Positions 9,963 through 19,767 of a stretch of 39,554 nt of DNA are shown one piece after another (position 1 is the stretch's first letter; every line of letters starts with the position of its first letter). The notes beneath the pieces are model-generated. The model was not told the origin of the DNA. It did not search any database and saw only the letters and a program-made list of their open reading frames with translations. Origin of the DNA: Silvanigrellaceae bacterium. GTDB lineage: Bacteria > Bdellovibrionota_B > Oligoflexia > Silvanigrellales > Silvanigrellaceae. The stretch is taken from positions 1 to 39,554 of the forward strand of contig JBMSQQ010000025.1 in NCBI GenBank assembly GCA_049423385.1, in the 5' to 3' direction. Made by a program: the position numbers and the translations under genes.

Positions 9963-11084
9963 ATGTCCAAGCGCCCACAAAAACCAGATGACAACAATCA
10001 CTTCGAAGCACATCTGGATGACAATCTCCTAACCCCGGGCACGAAAGATGTCTACGCGAAGATTGGAATGACGGGAGCCTCGGGTTTTCGTGGACATTTG
10101 GTGCTCAAACGCCTGGTCGAGTTGCCGCACGTCAAGGAAATTCACGTTTTCGACTTCAAGGCTCCTCTTGTCCATGCGGCAAAGGTGATTTTTCATCGGG
10201 TCGATTTGACACGCGACGGAGCCGATGAGCTGATGGCCAGCCTGTGGGCTAAAAACGAAATCAAATGCATCGTTCATGGCGCACTGTTCTCCGGCCCTGG
10301 TAGAGGTGGTTCCCAGCGCAGGGAGGTTGAGACAATTGGCACATTCCATGTCCTGAATGCTCTTGCTGAGGCCAAGATTGAGCGCTGTGTGGTTCTTGGC
10401 GACACCTTTGTTTACGGAGCCCACAGCCAAAATCCCAATTTCATCACGGAATCAAAGCCGCTCAAAGCACTGGGTCCGGATTTCGTGAGGGCTCGGGTGG
10501 ACGTGGAAAATCAACTCAAGGAATTCGCCGACGACTATCCCAATTGTTCAATATGTGTTCTCAGGTTTGCACCCATCCTCGGTCCAAACTCCACGAATGT
10601 CCGTGCACGATATTTTCTTGCTGGAATAATTCCAAAAGTTCTCGGCTATGATCCCCTTCTGCAATTCATCCACGAAGACGATGCTGCCCAGGCTGCAATG
10701 CTGGCGGTTTTTTCTAAAGCAAAGGGTGCGTTCAACATCGCCGGCAAGGGAGTGTTGCCCCTCAGCACTGGAATTCATCTCTCGGGCCGTGTCCCGGTTC
10801 CGGTGGCAACACCCATCTGCAAGACAGTCTTTTCTTTGGGCTTCATGCTCAGGCTTTGGGACCTTCCATCGGCAATGGTGCCATTTTTCCAATACATCTG
10901 TGTGGCGGACGGTTCCAAAGCCAACAAGGTTTTGGGATTCTACCCAAAGTATTCGAGCCGGCAGGCGCTCAAGGCGCTCATTGAAGCGGCGCGTCTCAGA
11001 AGTGTCGGATTCTCACCGCCATCATCGGCACTGGGAGAAGAAAAGCCCTTGAAGCAGGATGAAGGGTTTGTTCGCGTCTTTTGA
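9963..11084 (+). CDS. NAD-dependent epimerase/dehydratase (extended SDR) family protein
   Basis: Rossmann motif TGASGFRG, VYGAHSQNPNFITE, LRFAPILGP, LGYDPLLQFIHEDD, GAFNIAG. Confidence 0.88.
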   Translation: MSKRPQKPDDNNHFEAHLDDNLLTPGTKDVYAKIGMTGASGFRGHLVLKRLVELPHVKEIHVFDFKAPLVHAAKVIFHRVDLTRDGADELMASLWAKNEIKCIVHGALFSGPGRGGSQRREVETIGTFHVLNALAEAKIERCVVLGDTFVYGAHSQNPNFITESKPLKALGPDFVRARVDVENQLKEFADDYPNCSICVLRFAPILGPNSTNVRARYFLAGIIPKVLGYDPLLQFIHEDDAAQAAMLAVFSKAKGAFNIAGKGVLPLSTGIHLSGRVPVPVATPICKTVFSLGFMLRLWDLPSAMVPFFQYICVADGSKANKVLGFYPKYSSRQALKALIEAARLRSVGFSPPSSALGEEKPLKQDEGFVRVF

Positions 11085-11123
11085 AATCGAACTGAATTTC
11101 CAAAGTACATTGAGGGCGTCAAC

Positions 11124-12332
11124 ATGACAGGCACCAAATCGCAACCCGACAACACCAGCGAAAACGACTCAAGACGCAGGAACTCCAAACAGGACGATCT
11201 GGTCAATCTCTCGAGCAACGTTTTCAAAGTCCGTCGCACTCTGCTCGAACAATTCAGCCGAATTGAACGCGACATGGAAAAAAGGGCAAACGCAAACAAC
11301 AAGCAGTTCGCTTCGAAGGATGAGCTCAAGACGGTTATCGAGAGACTGCATGAATTTCGTGGAGAACTCGACACGGTTCTCCTGAAAATTGAAGAGCGCA
11401 TCCAAACGTCCGCCGACTCCATGCGCTCGACCTATATCGACAAGACTGAACCCGCCAGCGCAAACAAGGACAGTTCGCTCGATGACATCGTCACTGGCCT
11501 GAACCCGTTCAACCTGCGCAGGAAATATCACGAATTTTCGCTCAGCATGCGCAGTGAAGAAGTGGACCTGTTTGGTTTCGATCCCATTTTTGATCGCTTT
11601 GTAAGACCCCTGTTCGACTTCCTCTACACGAAGTATTGGCGGGTTGAAACCTACGGCATCTCGAATATCCCACGCAGTGGCCCATGTCTGATGGTCGGCA
11701 ATCACTCGGGTTCACTCCCCTATGACGCAACCATGCTCAAAATGGCAGTCCTGAAGGAACATCAGAATCATCGCGAAGTACGCTTCATGGTTGAAGACTT
11801 TTTGTTTCACTTTCCTTTTCTTGGCAGCCTCATGAACCGATTTGGTGGTGTGCGCGCAAGTCAGGAAAACGCACAGCAACTCCTCAACGCACAAATGCCT
11901 GTGGTCGTTTTTCCCGAAGGCGTGAAAGGTTTGGGCAAGCTCTATCGTGACAAATACCACCTCGCGCGATTTGGTCGCGGTGGCTTCATCAAGTTGTGCC
12001 TCAGAACAGGTGCACCATTGGTCCCTGTTGCATTTATCGGACCAGAGGAAATTCATCCGATGCTCGCGCGCGAAACTTTTTTTGCGGGAATGTTCGGAAT
12101 CCCATACGTTCCAATCACTCCAACCTTTCCATGGCTGGGCCCGGCAGGACTTATTCCACTGCCCAGCAAATGGTTCATTCACATTCTCCCACCCATCGAC
12201 TTGTCGGAATATGGCCCCGAGGCCGAGAAGGACCGAGTCCTCGTCTATCGTTTGGCGCAAAAGGTGAAGAATCAAATTCAAGAGGTTATTGTTGAACAAT
12301 TGAAGAATCGCAGAAGCATCTGGTTTGGGTAA
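11124..12332 (+). CDS. Lysophospholipid/glycerolipid acyltransferase (PlsC-like fold) with N-terminal coiled-coil extension
   Basis: [15 protein letters not shown] and RFGRGGF motifs; GLIPLPSKW near the C-terminus. ~140-aa helical N-terminal extension. Confidence 0.88.
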   Translation: MTGTKSQPDNTSENDSRRRNSKQDDLVNLSSNVFKVRRTLLEQFSRIERDMEKRANANNKQFASKDELKTVIERLHEFRGELDTVLLKIEERIQTSADSMRSTYIDKTEPASANKDSSLDDIVTGLNPFNLRRKYHEFSLSMRSEEVDLFGFDPIFDRFVRPLFDFLYTKYWRVETYGISNIPRSGPCLMVGNHSGSLPYDATMLKMAVLKEHQNHREVRFMVEDFLFHFPFLGSLMNRFGGVRASQENAQQLLNAQMPVVVFPEGVKGLGKLYRDKYHLARFGRGGFIKLCLRTGAPLVPVAFIGPEEIHPMLARETFFAGMFGIPYVPITPTFPWLGPAGLIPLPSKWFIHILPPIDLSEYGPEAEKDRVLVYRLAQKVKNQIQEVIVEQLKNRRSIWFG

Positions 12333-12355
12333 CTTTGGGGATCGGGGGCAAACAA

Positions 12356-13207
12356 ATGTCAATGCAACCTGTTGTGCGAGTCATCTACAATCAAAAAGGC
12401 GGCGTGGGAAAAACGACTTTGGCCGTCAATCTGGCTGCCTGTTCCGCTGCATCCGGACTCAGAACATTGCTTGTCGACACCGATCCCCAGGGGAACTCAA
12501 CCACCCATCTGCTGGGAAGCCGAAAGACTCCCGTGAAATCAATTTCCGATTTCTACGAGAGCTGCCTCGGCCTAAACCTCTTCAGGCAAAGCCTTCTTGA
12601 ATATGTGACAACCGACACTGGCGTTGAAAACCTTCACCTGGTTGCTGCCGATCGCGAACTCGAAGAGCTCAGGAACAAGCTCGAAAACAAGCACAAAATC
12701 ATGAAGCTGAAAGACGGCATTCGTTCTACAAACTACGAGGCAATCTATTTTGATCCGCCTCCAGCCAACGATTTTTATGCGCTGAGCAGTCTGATTGCCG
12801 CAAATGAAATTCTTGTGCCGATCGATTGCGATGCCTTCAGCGTCAGGGCAGCCCAAGATATTTTCAACACCATCCGCGAGGTTCAGGCCGACCACAATCC
12901 CGACTTGCGGGTTGTCGGCATCGTCGTGAATCAATTTCAGAAGGGCACGAAACACTCGGCGTCCATCATCAATGAGCTCAAGACATTGGGTTATGACGTT
13001 CTCGAACCTTTCATACCTTCGAGCATCAAGGTCAGGGAGTCACATTCGGAATCGGTTCCTGTTGTTTGCCAATTTCCTGATCATGCCGTCTCTGCTGCGT
13101 TTCGCGAATTGTTCTTGAACATCGAAAAGAAGACTGGACGCACCTTGGCACCGAAGAAATCCAACACGGGACGCTCAAAGTCGACAGAAGCGAGCATCGA
13201 CCCATGA
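12356..13207 (+). CDS. Orphan ParA/Soj family ATPase
   Basis: Deviant Walker [34 protein letters not shown] 12356 after GGGGG. No parB in the window. Confidence 0.9.
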   Translation: MSMQPVVRVIYNQKGGVGKTTLAVNLAACSAASGLRTLLVDTDPQGNSTTHLLGSRKTPVKSISDFYESCLGLNLFRQSLLEYVTTDTGVENLHLVAADRELEELRNKLENKHKIMKLKDGIRSTNYEAIYFDPPPANDFYALSSLIAANEILVPIDCDAFSVRAAQDIFNTIREVQADHNPDLRVVGIVVNQFQKGTKHSASIINELKTLGYDVLEPFIPSSIKVRESHSESVPVVCQFPDHAVSAAFRELFLNIEKKTGRTLAPKKSNTGRSKSTEASIDP

Positions 13208-14175
13208 AGACTGCCCCGACGCTGACTTCCTCGCGACGGGTTCGCGTGGTTCTTGCCGCAACGGCAATCCTGGCATCAACGACAATTTTCGGAATGTCGC
13301 CCGAAACTTTTGCTGCGACCACTCCTCTCAGCACACTGAGTGACGGCAATTTTGAACGCCAACTCGAGCTTCCCGGTCATCAACCACTGGAAACAAGCTC
13401 GTCATTGTGGAGCGACGCCAACAAAACCTATCAGCGCTTGCCATTTGATATCGGCGAACGATTGCGCTTCGTCGTCACATACCTTGGAGTGAGTGGGGGC
13501 CAGGCCGAGGTCACAATCCAGCCCCCGGTGAAACTGGGAGACGGTTGGGCACACAGATTGACGGGAGAGGTCAAGAGTGCGCGATGGTATCGATGGATCA
13601 TGCAAATCCATGACTCCATCGAAGCGCTTATGTCCAACGGAGCCGAGGTCGTGCCCGCACGCTTCTATATCAATCAGCAGGAAGGCTCTTTCCGGCAAAC
13701 GAAGATCATTCACTTTGATGCAACCAAAGGTGAGATCAATCAGCAAACAAAACGAAAGGACCGTGACGAAACGAAATCAACCTTCCCTTTTGCATCCGGA
13801 ACAAAGGATGCTTTGGGGGCGCTTTACTATTTGCGGGTGAAATTGGCTGCCAGCAATCCGCCTCCGTTGCAGCTGGATGTGCCCATTTTCACATCTGAAA
13901 AGACCTGGACGGGAAAAGCCACCTATCTGGGCAGCGACAACAGGAAGATTGGCAAAAAAACCTATGATTCCGACGTTTACAGACTGATCACGACTTTTGG
14001 CGGATTGATGGAACAACGGGGCGACATCAAGATTTGGTTCACCCGGGATGAGCGACGCATTCCCCTTTATATCGAGGCAAGTGTCCGATTTGGTTATATC
14101 AAAGTCACACTTGACGAATGGACTCCAGGCGAAAACCGCAAAGCCCAATATCCAGCCATTCAGCACGATCTGTAA
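13204..14175 (+). CDS. Secreted DUF3108-like protein
   Basis: Signal peptide, [43 protein letters not shown] overlap with the parA stop. Confidence 0.7.
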   Translation: MKTAPTLTSSRRVRVVLAATAILASTTIFGMSPETFAATTPLSTLSDGNFERQLELPGHQPLETSSSLWSDANKTYQRLPFDIGERLRFVVTYLGVSGGQAEVTIQPPVKLGDGWAHRLTGEVKSARWYRWIMQIHDSIEALMSNGAEVVPARFYINQQEGSFRQTKIIHFDATKGEINQQTKRKDRDETKSTFPFASGTKDALGALYYLRVKLAASNPPPLQLDVPIFTSEKTWTGKATYLGSDNRKIGKKTYDSDVYRLITTFGGLMEQRGDIKIWFTRDERRIPLYIEASVRFGYIKVTLDEWTPGENRKAQYPAIQHDL

Positions 14176-14297
14176 ACGGCGACGACTTCCTCTTGACTGC
14201 GGCCTGCAGCTATGATTATCAAAGCGTTCTATTTGCTGTCCAAGGCTGCGTCGTCCCAACGACTGACGCTGCTGCCCAAACATAAAGGAAGGTTGTC

Positions 14298-14546
14298 ATG
14301 GCAGTATCCGGAGCCAAAAAGAAGCGCCGCTATTCACGTCCCAAGCGCGTGCTCGATCCAAACATCAAGTTTGATTACAAAGACACTCAATTGCTGCGTC
14401 GTTTCGTGACCGAACACGGCAAGATCGTTCCCCGTCGCATCAGCGGCGCGAGCGCTCAGCAACAGCGCGAATTGACCGTCGCGGTCAAGCGCGCACGCAC
14501 CATGGCCCTGCTGGGTCACGGCCCGACAATCGACTTCCGTTCTTGA
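14298..14546 (+). CDS. rpsR: 30S ribosomal protein S18 (Cys-free)
   Basis: [26 protein letters not shown] and [30 protein letters not shown]. Confidence 0.95.
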   Translation: MAVSGAKKKRRYSRPKRVLDPNIKFDYKDTQLLRRFVTEHGKIVPRRISGASAQQQRELTVAVKRARTMALLGHGPTIDFRS

Positions 14547-14567
14547 TTGAGAACTGAAGCCGTTTTC

Positions 14568-14604
14568 AAAAGGCTCTCTCTGCAGCCGCAGAGAGAGCCT
14601 TTTT
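14568..14604 (+). terminator. Rho-independent terminator after rpsR (potentially bidirectional)
   Basis: Perfect 16-bp inverted repeat aaaaggctctctctgc-agcc-gcagagagagcctttt running into a T-rich tail. Confidence 0.9.
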
Positions 14605-14800
14605 GTTTTCTGACGAATGAAGTTGCGGCTCAGTCCCTCCGCTGACGAGAACCGAGGAGTGACTATTCGAACATTCCGTTCGGACAATTTGGCCGACCTA
14701 TATTATTTTCTTATTTGCCCCATAAACAGATTGACGAACTCCGAACTCTTGGATACCTGCCAAGTGTCAGCAGACATTCAAATACGCAGAGGAGTCTAAA

Positions 14801-15553
14801 ATGCATCCGCATCAGATGTTCCCGTGGTCCTGGAGAATTGCTTCCGCTCTCGTCGCACTTCCACTCGCCATGCTCTTCTCTGCCCCTGATGCTCTTGCAA
14901 ATCCTCCCCAGAATCCTGCTGATTGCAAAAGTTCCGACCAGTCCTGCATCCGCGAAACCCTGAGAACCTACGCACAATCCGAAAAAAAGACTCTCACATA
15001 CAGTGGTGCTCGCGAAGCCATGTTCCAAAAAGTCGACGTTTACCTCGACGAAAAAGGCACACGGGTGGTCAAGTCATGTTATTCGCCCGAAATCTTTGAA
15101 GTGGGTCACAGCATTCCCAAGAATGGTGTGAACACTGAACACACTTGGCCACAAACGTTCTTGAAAAGGTCGGGGCGTTTTGAAGAAGCTCGCGCCGACA
15201 TCTATCATCTTTTCCCCTCCGAGATCCAAATCAATGGCCTGCGTGGCAGCCTGCCATTCCGCGAATGTGGACACGAGAGCAACGTCGAGGGAGCCATTTG
15301 CGAAAACAGTTCACGCGGCTTCGAACCTCCGGAAGATCACAAGGGAGTCGTGGCTCGCGCGATGTTCTATATTTCGGTTCTGTACAGTCTTCCGATTGAC
15401 CAGGGCCAGGAAAAGACCCTGCGTGAATGGGCATCAAGCCATCCCGTTTCCAACACCGAAGTGCAACGGGCAGACAAAATCCAGTCTGTTCAGGGCAACC
15501 GCAATCCATTCATCGATCATCCCGAATGGATCGATATCGTGAGCGACTTTTAA
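14801..15553 (+). CDS. Secreted endonuclease I family nuclease
   Basis: Signal peptide ending ALA. Motifs NTEHTWPQ, DIYHLFPS, HKGVVARAMFY, QGNRNPFIDHP. RBS GAGGAG. Confidence 0.92.
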   Translation: MHPHQMFPWSWRIASALVALPLAMLFSAPDALANPPQNPADCKSSDQSCIRETLRTYAQSEKKTLTYSGAREAMFQKVDVYLDEKGTRVVKSCYSPEIFEVGHSIPKNGVNTEHTWPQTFLKRSGRFEEARADIYHLFPSEIQINGLRGSLPFRECGHESNVEGAICENSSRGFEPPEDHKGVVARAMFYISVLYSLPIDQGQEKTLREWASSHPVSNTEVQRADKIQSVQGNRNPFIDHPEWIDIVSDF

Positions 15554-15570
15554 TTCAGTTCAATGTCGAT

Positions 15571-16863
15571 TCACTTGGCCTCGAGAGCCTCGCGGAATGC
15601 ACGGGTAAAGCCGCGAGGCCCCTGTTCGCCGCTGTACTTGCGACCATTGATGACGATCAGCGGTGTGCCCGTCAGGCCCATTTTTTTCCCAATCTCCACG
15701 TCGTCCTGAATTTTCGCGATCTCGACTTTGTCCTTCAAGCATGATTCAAATCGCGCAACGTCGAGATTCAATTTCTTTGCTTGTGCGGAAAAGCCCTCTG
15801 GCGAAAACTGTTTGGCCTGCTCCTCGGGACTCATGTCGATTCCAGAAAACGCCCAAGTCTTGAGTTCCCAAAATGCATCTTTTTTCTGACTTCCCGCACA
15901 ACGGGCTGCCATTGCCATTTCGCAAGCATAAGGATGCCCTTCACTTGCCACGTTCGCATTGCACTTGTTGCTCAGCGGATAATTTCGATAGACAAACAAA
16001 ACTCTGTCCTCGCCCACCGCGCTCATCGCGGCCGCGATGTCTTCACTCGCGACTTTGCAATGTGGGCACTGCATGTCCGAAAACATGTGCACAACAACTT
16101 TCGCCTGTTCGTTTCCAATCCGATAATCCTCACCCTTGCCAACATAATTGCTTCGCGCAATTTGCAACCACTCGGAAGGAAATGGAGTCGCTGCACCGGA
16201 TGACTCTGCAACTTCGTTGGCAGGCGTGGGGACGGATTTTGCTTCGCCTCCGACAACCGAGGAAATGGTTGGCAGGAGCGCACCCACGAGCAGGGGAGGA
16301 ATTGCAAGGGCCAGGCCCGCAGCGAGCAATTTGAGGGAGCCTCCTTGACCAACTATCTGCGGAACCGTGCGCACCTTGAGAAAACAGATCAGGGTCCAGA
16401 TGAAATTCAAAATTGAAATGGCATGCACACTCGTGCAGACGAGACAAACTGCGCCAACCTTGAAATAAGAAACATAGGCCAGAAAAAGTGAAACGCTCGC
16501 TCCGACAGTCGCCACGATCAATTGACGACGTGCCATCCATGACTCTGAAGCCTGCAAAAAAGCGGGCACAAACGCCATGGCCATAACGATTCCAAAATAG
16601 GACATCCCAAGAGCACCCAACGGCAAACCCATGAATTCGCCATATTCGCCACCAATCACCTTGCTGCAATTGACTGCGTCGTTGATGTCACATGTCAGAG
16701 CCTGAGTTGAGGCCTTTGTCTGCATGTGAAGTGTTAGTGCATAGAGGGACACACCAAAACCAACAAGACCGAGCACCAATGACGGGATATTCAACTTCGC
16801 AATCGAACCTGCGGACGCACTTGACCCATTTCCATCCTGAAAATTGAATCGGTTTGTAAACAT
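15571..16863 (-). CDS. VKOR (vitamin K epoxide reductase family)-DsbA/thioredoxin fusion
   Basis: VKOR loop cysteines CDINDAVNC and membrane CLVC with about five TM helices, then a DsbA-like domain with FSDMQCPHC and the GTP cis-Pro loop. ATG 16863 after GGGGGAAG. Confidence 0.9.
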   Translation of the reverse strand: MFTNRFNFQDGNGSSASAGSIAKLNIPSLVLGLVGFGVSLYALTLHMQTKASTQALTCDINDAVNCSKVIGGEYGEFMGLPLGALGMSYFGIVMAMAFVPAFLQASESWMARRQLIVATVGASVSLFLAYVSYFKVGAVCLVCTSVHAISILNFIWTLICFLKVRTVPQIVGQGGSLKLLAAGLALAIPPLLVGALLPTISSVVGGEAKSVPTPANEVAESSGAATPFPSEWLQIARSNYVGKGEDYRIGNEQAKVVVHMFSDMQCPHCKVASEDIAAAMSAVGEDRVLFVYRNYPLSNKCNANVASEGHPYACEMAMAARCAGSQKKDAFWELKTWAFSGIDMSPEEQAKQFSPEGFSAQAKKLNLDVARFESCLKDKVEIAKIQDDVEIGKKMGLTGTPLIVINGRKYSGEQGPRGFTRAFREALEAK

Positions 16864-16982
16864 GACTTCCCCCAAAACATCTCGTTCCGATATGCCTTGA
16901 GTGAACGGTTTTTTCGCTTTCGCGTCAAGCTTGCGAGAGCACAAGTGCCGGCATTTTACGTCGATTCATAAAGAAAACATCT

Positions 16983-18233
16983 TCAGAACTGGATTTGGGA
17001 ATACAATCTGGTGGACATGAGGCGGTTGGGGCGTTGACCAGAGTAAGCACCGTTTTCGCGTGCAGACAAGGCAAACTCAAATTTGAACACAATAAAATCA
17101 ATGTGAGCAGACAATACGGGATAGCCAGAATGCATGCCCACGTTCAACCCAAGCGAGGTTTGCTGACGAAACGGCAGGCGAGCAGAATACTGGGCTGCCC
17201 ATTGAAGACGCAATAGAAATTCGTTCCAGCCTCCCTTGATCCCGGCAAGATCCTGCAATTCAGAGGCAACATGCAGCGACTGGAGTGAACTTCCGGGAAT
17301 CGCGACTTCACGAAGAACTCCCAGGTTCAACCGACTCTGCAATCTCCCGGGACTGCCACTCAAAGTTTTGAGTGGGCTTGCATCAAAAGTGTTCTTTGAG
17401 ACTGCGTGTATCCTTGTTGATTTGTCCACCCACCAGCCCAACGCAAGATCCAAAGGGCAATAGACTGCGGTCGGAAATTCGAGAAGGTCATTCAAGGGAC
17501 TTGAGCCGGAACTTGTTGCCGCATTTGTTCCCAGAAAATCACCGAGCAGGGACAAATCGACCTCATAACCCCGAAAGCCGCCCACCCCTGGCCGCACTGA
17601 AACACCGAGATCAAAGTCGTTTTTTACGATTTGAGCATAACTGACAAGCACACCGCCGTACCCACCACCCATGGAGTCGAGTTTGGGCCATGCAGCATTG
17701 TCGATACTCGCATCAAACAACGCAGAAGCGTATGGAGCAATCCCAACCCTTCCAATGCGAGGCGACAGAAAGTTGCTCTGCGCCTGAAGAGTCATGCTCT
17801 TGCCGAAGACTGCCCTGACCTTGTCGAGAGCATTGACCGTGGCCTGGGCAGCAGAAGTACCATTGGACTGGTTTGTTTGGTTCGTCAGGGATTGCACAGT
17901 GTCCACAACAGTATTGACGGCATCTCTCGAAACCGACGCCGACAAGTTTGCAAATTCGAGTTCAAAGTTGGACCTTCGCCTTGCCAACAAAGACGGATCT
18001 GTATGGGCCTGATCGACCCAGGATTCAGAGAAAGCGCCAATCCCGGCGGAACCCTGCAATGCCGGACTGGACCATTCCTTTTCGCCACTGACATCGCGGT
18101 GCTGAAGCGCGAAAGCGTTTTGTATCGAGCCGATGCCGAAAACTGCCAAGAGCGCGGCAGATTGAAAAAAATTCAGGCGCGTGCGCGGCGGGAGATCATA
18201 CACAACCGACTTTCTGACATCTTTGAACAACAT
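16983..18233 (-). CDS. Hypothetical outer-membrane beta-barrel protein (TraF_2/FadL-like)
   Basis: Signal-like segment ending NAFA, AHTDPSLLA resembling the NPA motif of FadL/TraF-like barrels, alternating beta-strand patterns, C-terminal Phe (YSQIQF). ATG 18233 after GGGGGAG. Confidence 0.6.
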   Translation of the reverse strand: MLFKDVRKSVVYDLPPRTRLNFFQSAALLAVFGIGSIQNAFALQHRDVSGEKEWSSPALQGSAGIGAFSESWVDQAHTDPSLLARRRSNFELEFANLSASVSRDAVNTVVDTVQSLTNQTNQSNGTSAAQATVNALDKVRAVFGKSMTLQAQSNFLSPRIGRVGIAPYASALFDASIDNAAWPKLDSMGGGYGGVLVSYAQIVKNDFDLGVSVRPGVGGFRGYEVDLSLLGDFLGTNAATSSGSSPLNDLLEFPTAVYCPLDLALGWWVDKSTRIHAVSKNTFDASPLKTLSGSPGRLQSRLNLGVLREVAIPGSSLQSLHVASELQDLAGIKGGWNEFLLRLQWAAQYSARLPFRQQTSLGLNVGMHSGYPVLSAHIDFIVFKFEFALSARENGAYSGQRPNRLMSTRLYSQIQF

Positions 18234-18356
18234 GCACGCTCCCCCTGCTGACAAAAGAATGCCTCAAGAAGAAGTATTCACAGGTAGGCAATTGTTTCCG
18301 TCAATTTCATCCGCGTCCAAAATCTGCACCGAGTTGTGAAGCAAGGGAGTGAGACA

Positions 18357-19109
18357 ATGCGTAAAGACCGGTTTCGATGGATAGGGTGCATCATGAAATC
18401 AAAATTGTGTTTGAAATCTGGCCTCGCGCTTTCCTGCTGGTTCGCGGTTTCTTTTTTGGCGACCGGATGCGTCGGCGTCGGCCTGGAGAATTCACCCAAA
18501 ACCTCACTGTTCGGCGGCGGAACGAGAAATCAAAGAGGTCAGACTGCGCCATCCAACCCAATGGCCGCAGCGTCTGCTGCGGCGATACCAATGCGTCCTT
18601 CAAACACCATGGAACAACTACCCGTCAACGGAGCATTCTTGCCGCAATTGTCCAACTCGCTGAATGGAAATTCACCGAGCAACGGCATCGCTCAACCGAT
18701 GGTCAGCTCACCCCTGCTCTTTCAAAGATTGGACAGAAACACCTGGCGTGTTGCCTCTCCGGCCGGTCAGCTTTTTCAGACCGTCGCACGAATCCTTTCA
18801 CAAACCTATATTATTTCGCAGGCCGACAGGCACGCTCTCAGCTTGAGCACTGACTGGGACAAATTCTTTATCGATGGACGACTTTTCAGAAACAGGATTT
18901 CTGTCAACGTCTTTCCTCTTTCTCCGAGATCAGCTGACCTCGTGATCAAGAACAGCATTGAATATTACGCCCAGAACGGACGAAATTTGGAAGACAACAA
19001 CCCGACTCAATGGCTTCCAACCCAGGATGTCACCGACGAACTTGATCGCGTTCTGGAAAAAACCCAAAACCAGCTGCTTGCCAACTTGAACTCCGGTGCG
19101 ACCAGATAA
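18357..19109 (+). CDS. Lipoprotein with BamC-like C-terminal domain
   Basis: Lipobox-like LATGC, low-complexity linker, then a helix-grip-like pattern (LFQTVARIL...LSTDWDKF...RNRISVNV). Start 18357 or 18393. Confidence 0.55.
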   Translation: MRKDRFRWIGCIMKSKLCLKSGLALSCWFAVSFLATGCVGVGLENSPKTSLFGGGTRNQRGQTAPSNPMAAASAAAIPMRPSNTMEQLPVNGAFLPQLSNSLNGNSPSNGIAQPMVSSPLLFQRLDRNTWRVASPAGQLFQTVARILSQTYIISQADRHALSLSTDWDKFFIDGRLFRNRISVNVFPLSPRSADLVIKNSIEYYAQNGRNLEDNNPTQWLPTQDVTDELDRVLEKTQNQLLANLNSGATR

Positions 19110-19128
19110 CAGACAAGAGGGCGACACA

Positions 19129-19767
19129 ATGACGAAGAGCCGGAATGGAATCATTAAAATCGTCATCAGAAAGCGCAGTGCCACGGGATTGTGTGTGGCT
19201 CTGATTGCGAGCCTATTTCCAAATATTGGCAAAGCAGGTGCCCGCTATATCGACATATCGCTGACCGGCAGTTATCAATCCGACATTCAAAAATATCTCA
19301 CAAGCACACGTCGCAGCCTTGGTGTGGAAATTGGACTGCCACTCACAAACTATCTCGATTTGAGCCTTTCACACACCCAAATCCTCGATCGCGACATTTA
19401 TAATGAACTTTACCGCGAGACCAAGAAGTCCCAAGGCGTTGCTGTACCTGATGGAGACATCGAGCAAAAAACCCAGATTGCCGACACCAGTGCGAATGCT
19501 GCCATTGGATACTCTTTCGGGTATATCAAACCAACACTTTTCGGTGGTGCACTGTGGAGGCGCTCGTGCCTTGAAGACACTTTCCAGGACTATGGCTGTA
19601 CAGACCAAACTGTCACCTGGAATGCCGGAATCGCCATTTCAGCTTATATCGGTATGAGCGGCACCCGCTTCCGCCTCAGTTATCGTCGTTCTCCATCGGC
19701 ATCACAGGAATCGACAAAGAAAAACTTCGATGAACTTACAAGTGTCGGTTTGACCTGGAGCCTTTGA
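19129..19767 (+). CDS. Hypothetical exported protein, probable small beta-barrel
   Basis: ATG 19129 after GAGGG. Signal peptide, amphipathic strands (LGVEIGLPL, AAIGYSFG, FRLSYR), C-terminal VGLTWSL. Confidence 0.6.
   Translation: MTKSRNGIIKIVIRKRSATGLCVALIASLFPNIGKAGARYIDISLTGSYQSDIQKYLTSTRRSLGVEIGLPLTNYLDLSLSHTQILDRDIYNELYRETKKSQGVAVPDGDIEQKTQIADTSANAAIGYSFGYIKPTLFGGALWRRSCLEDTFQDYGCTDQTVTWNAGIAISAYIGMSGTRFRLSYRRSPSASQESTKKNFDELTSVGLTWSL

Noticed and set aside
12356..13207. ParA as the chromosomal parAB locus or as a chemoreceptor-positioning ParC/PpfA for the che trio
   Set aside because: No parB or parS-like palindrome noticed nearby, and it lies 13 kb from the che genes with no ParP/TlpT-like neighbour.
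14626..14695. tRNA gene suggested by a GTTCGGA T-loop-like word
   Set aside because: No T-stem, D-arm, 7-bp acceptor stem or anticodon arm can be built.
16900..16928. Sigma-70 promoter candidates (TTGACG here on the minus strand; also 14731, 22180 and 31551 on the plus strand)
   Set aside because: Good -35 hexamers but no convincing TAnnnT at 16-18 nt spacing, so not reported as features.
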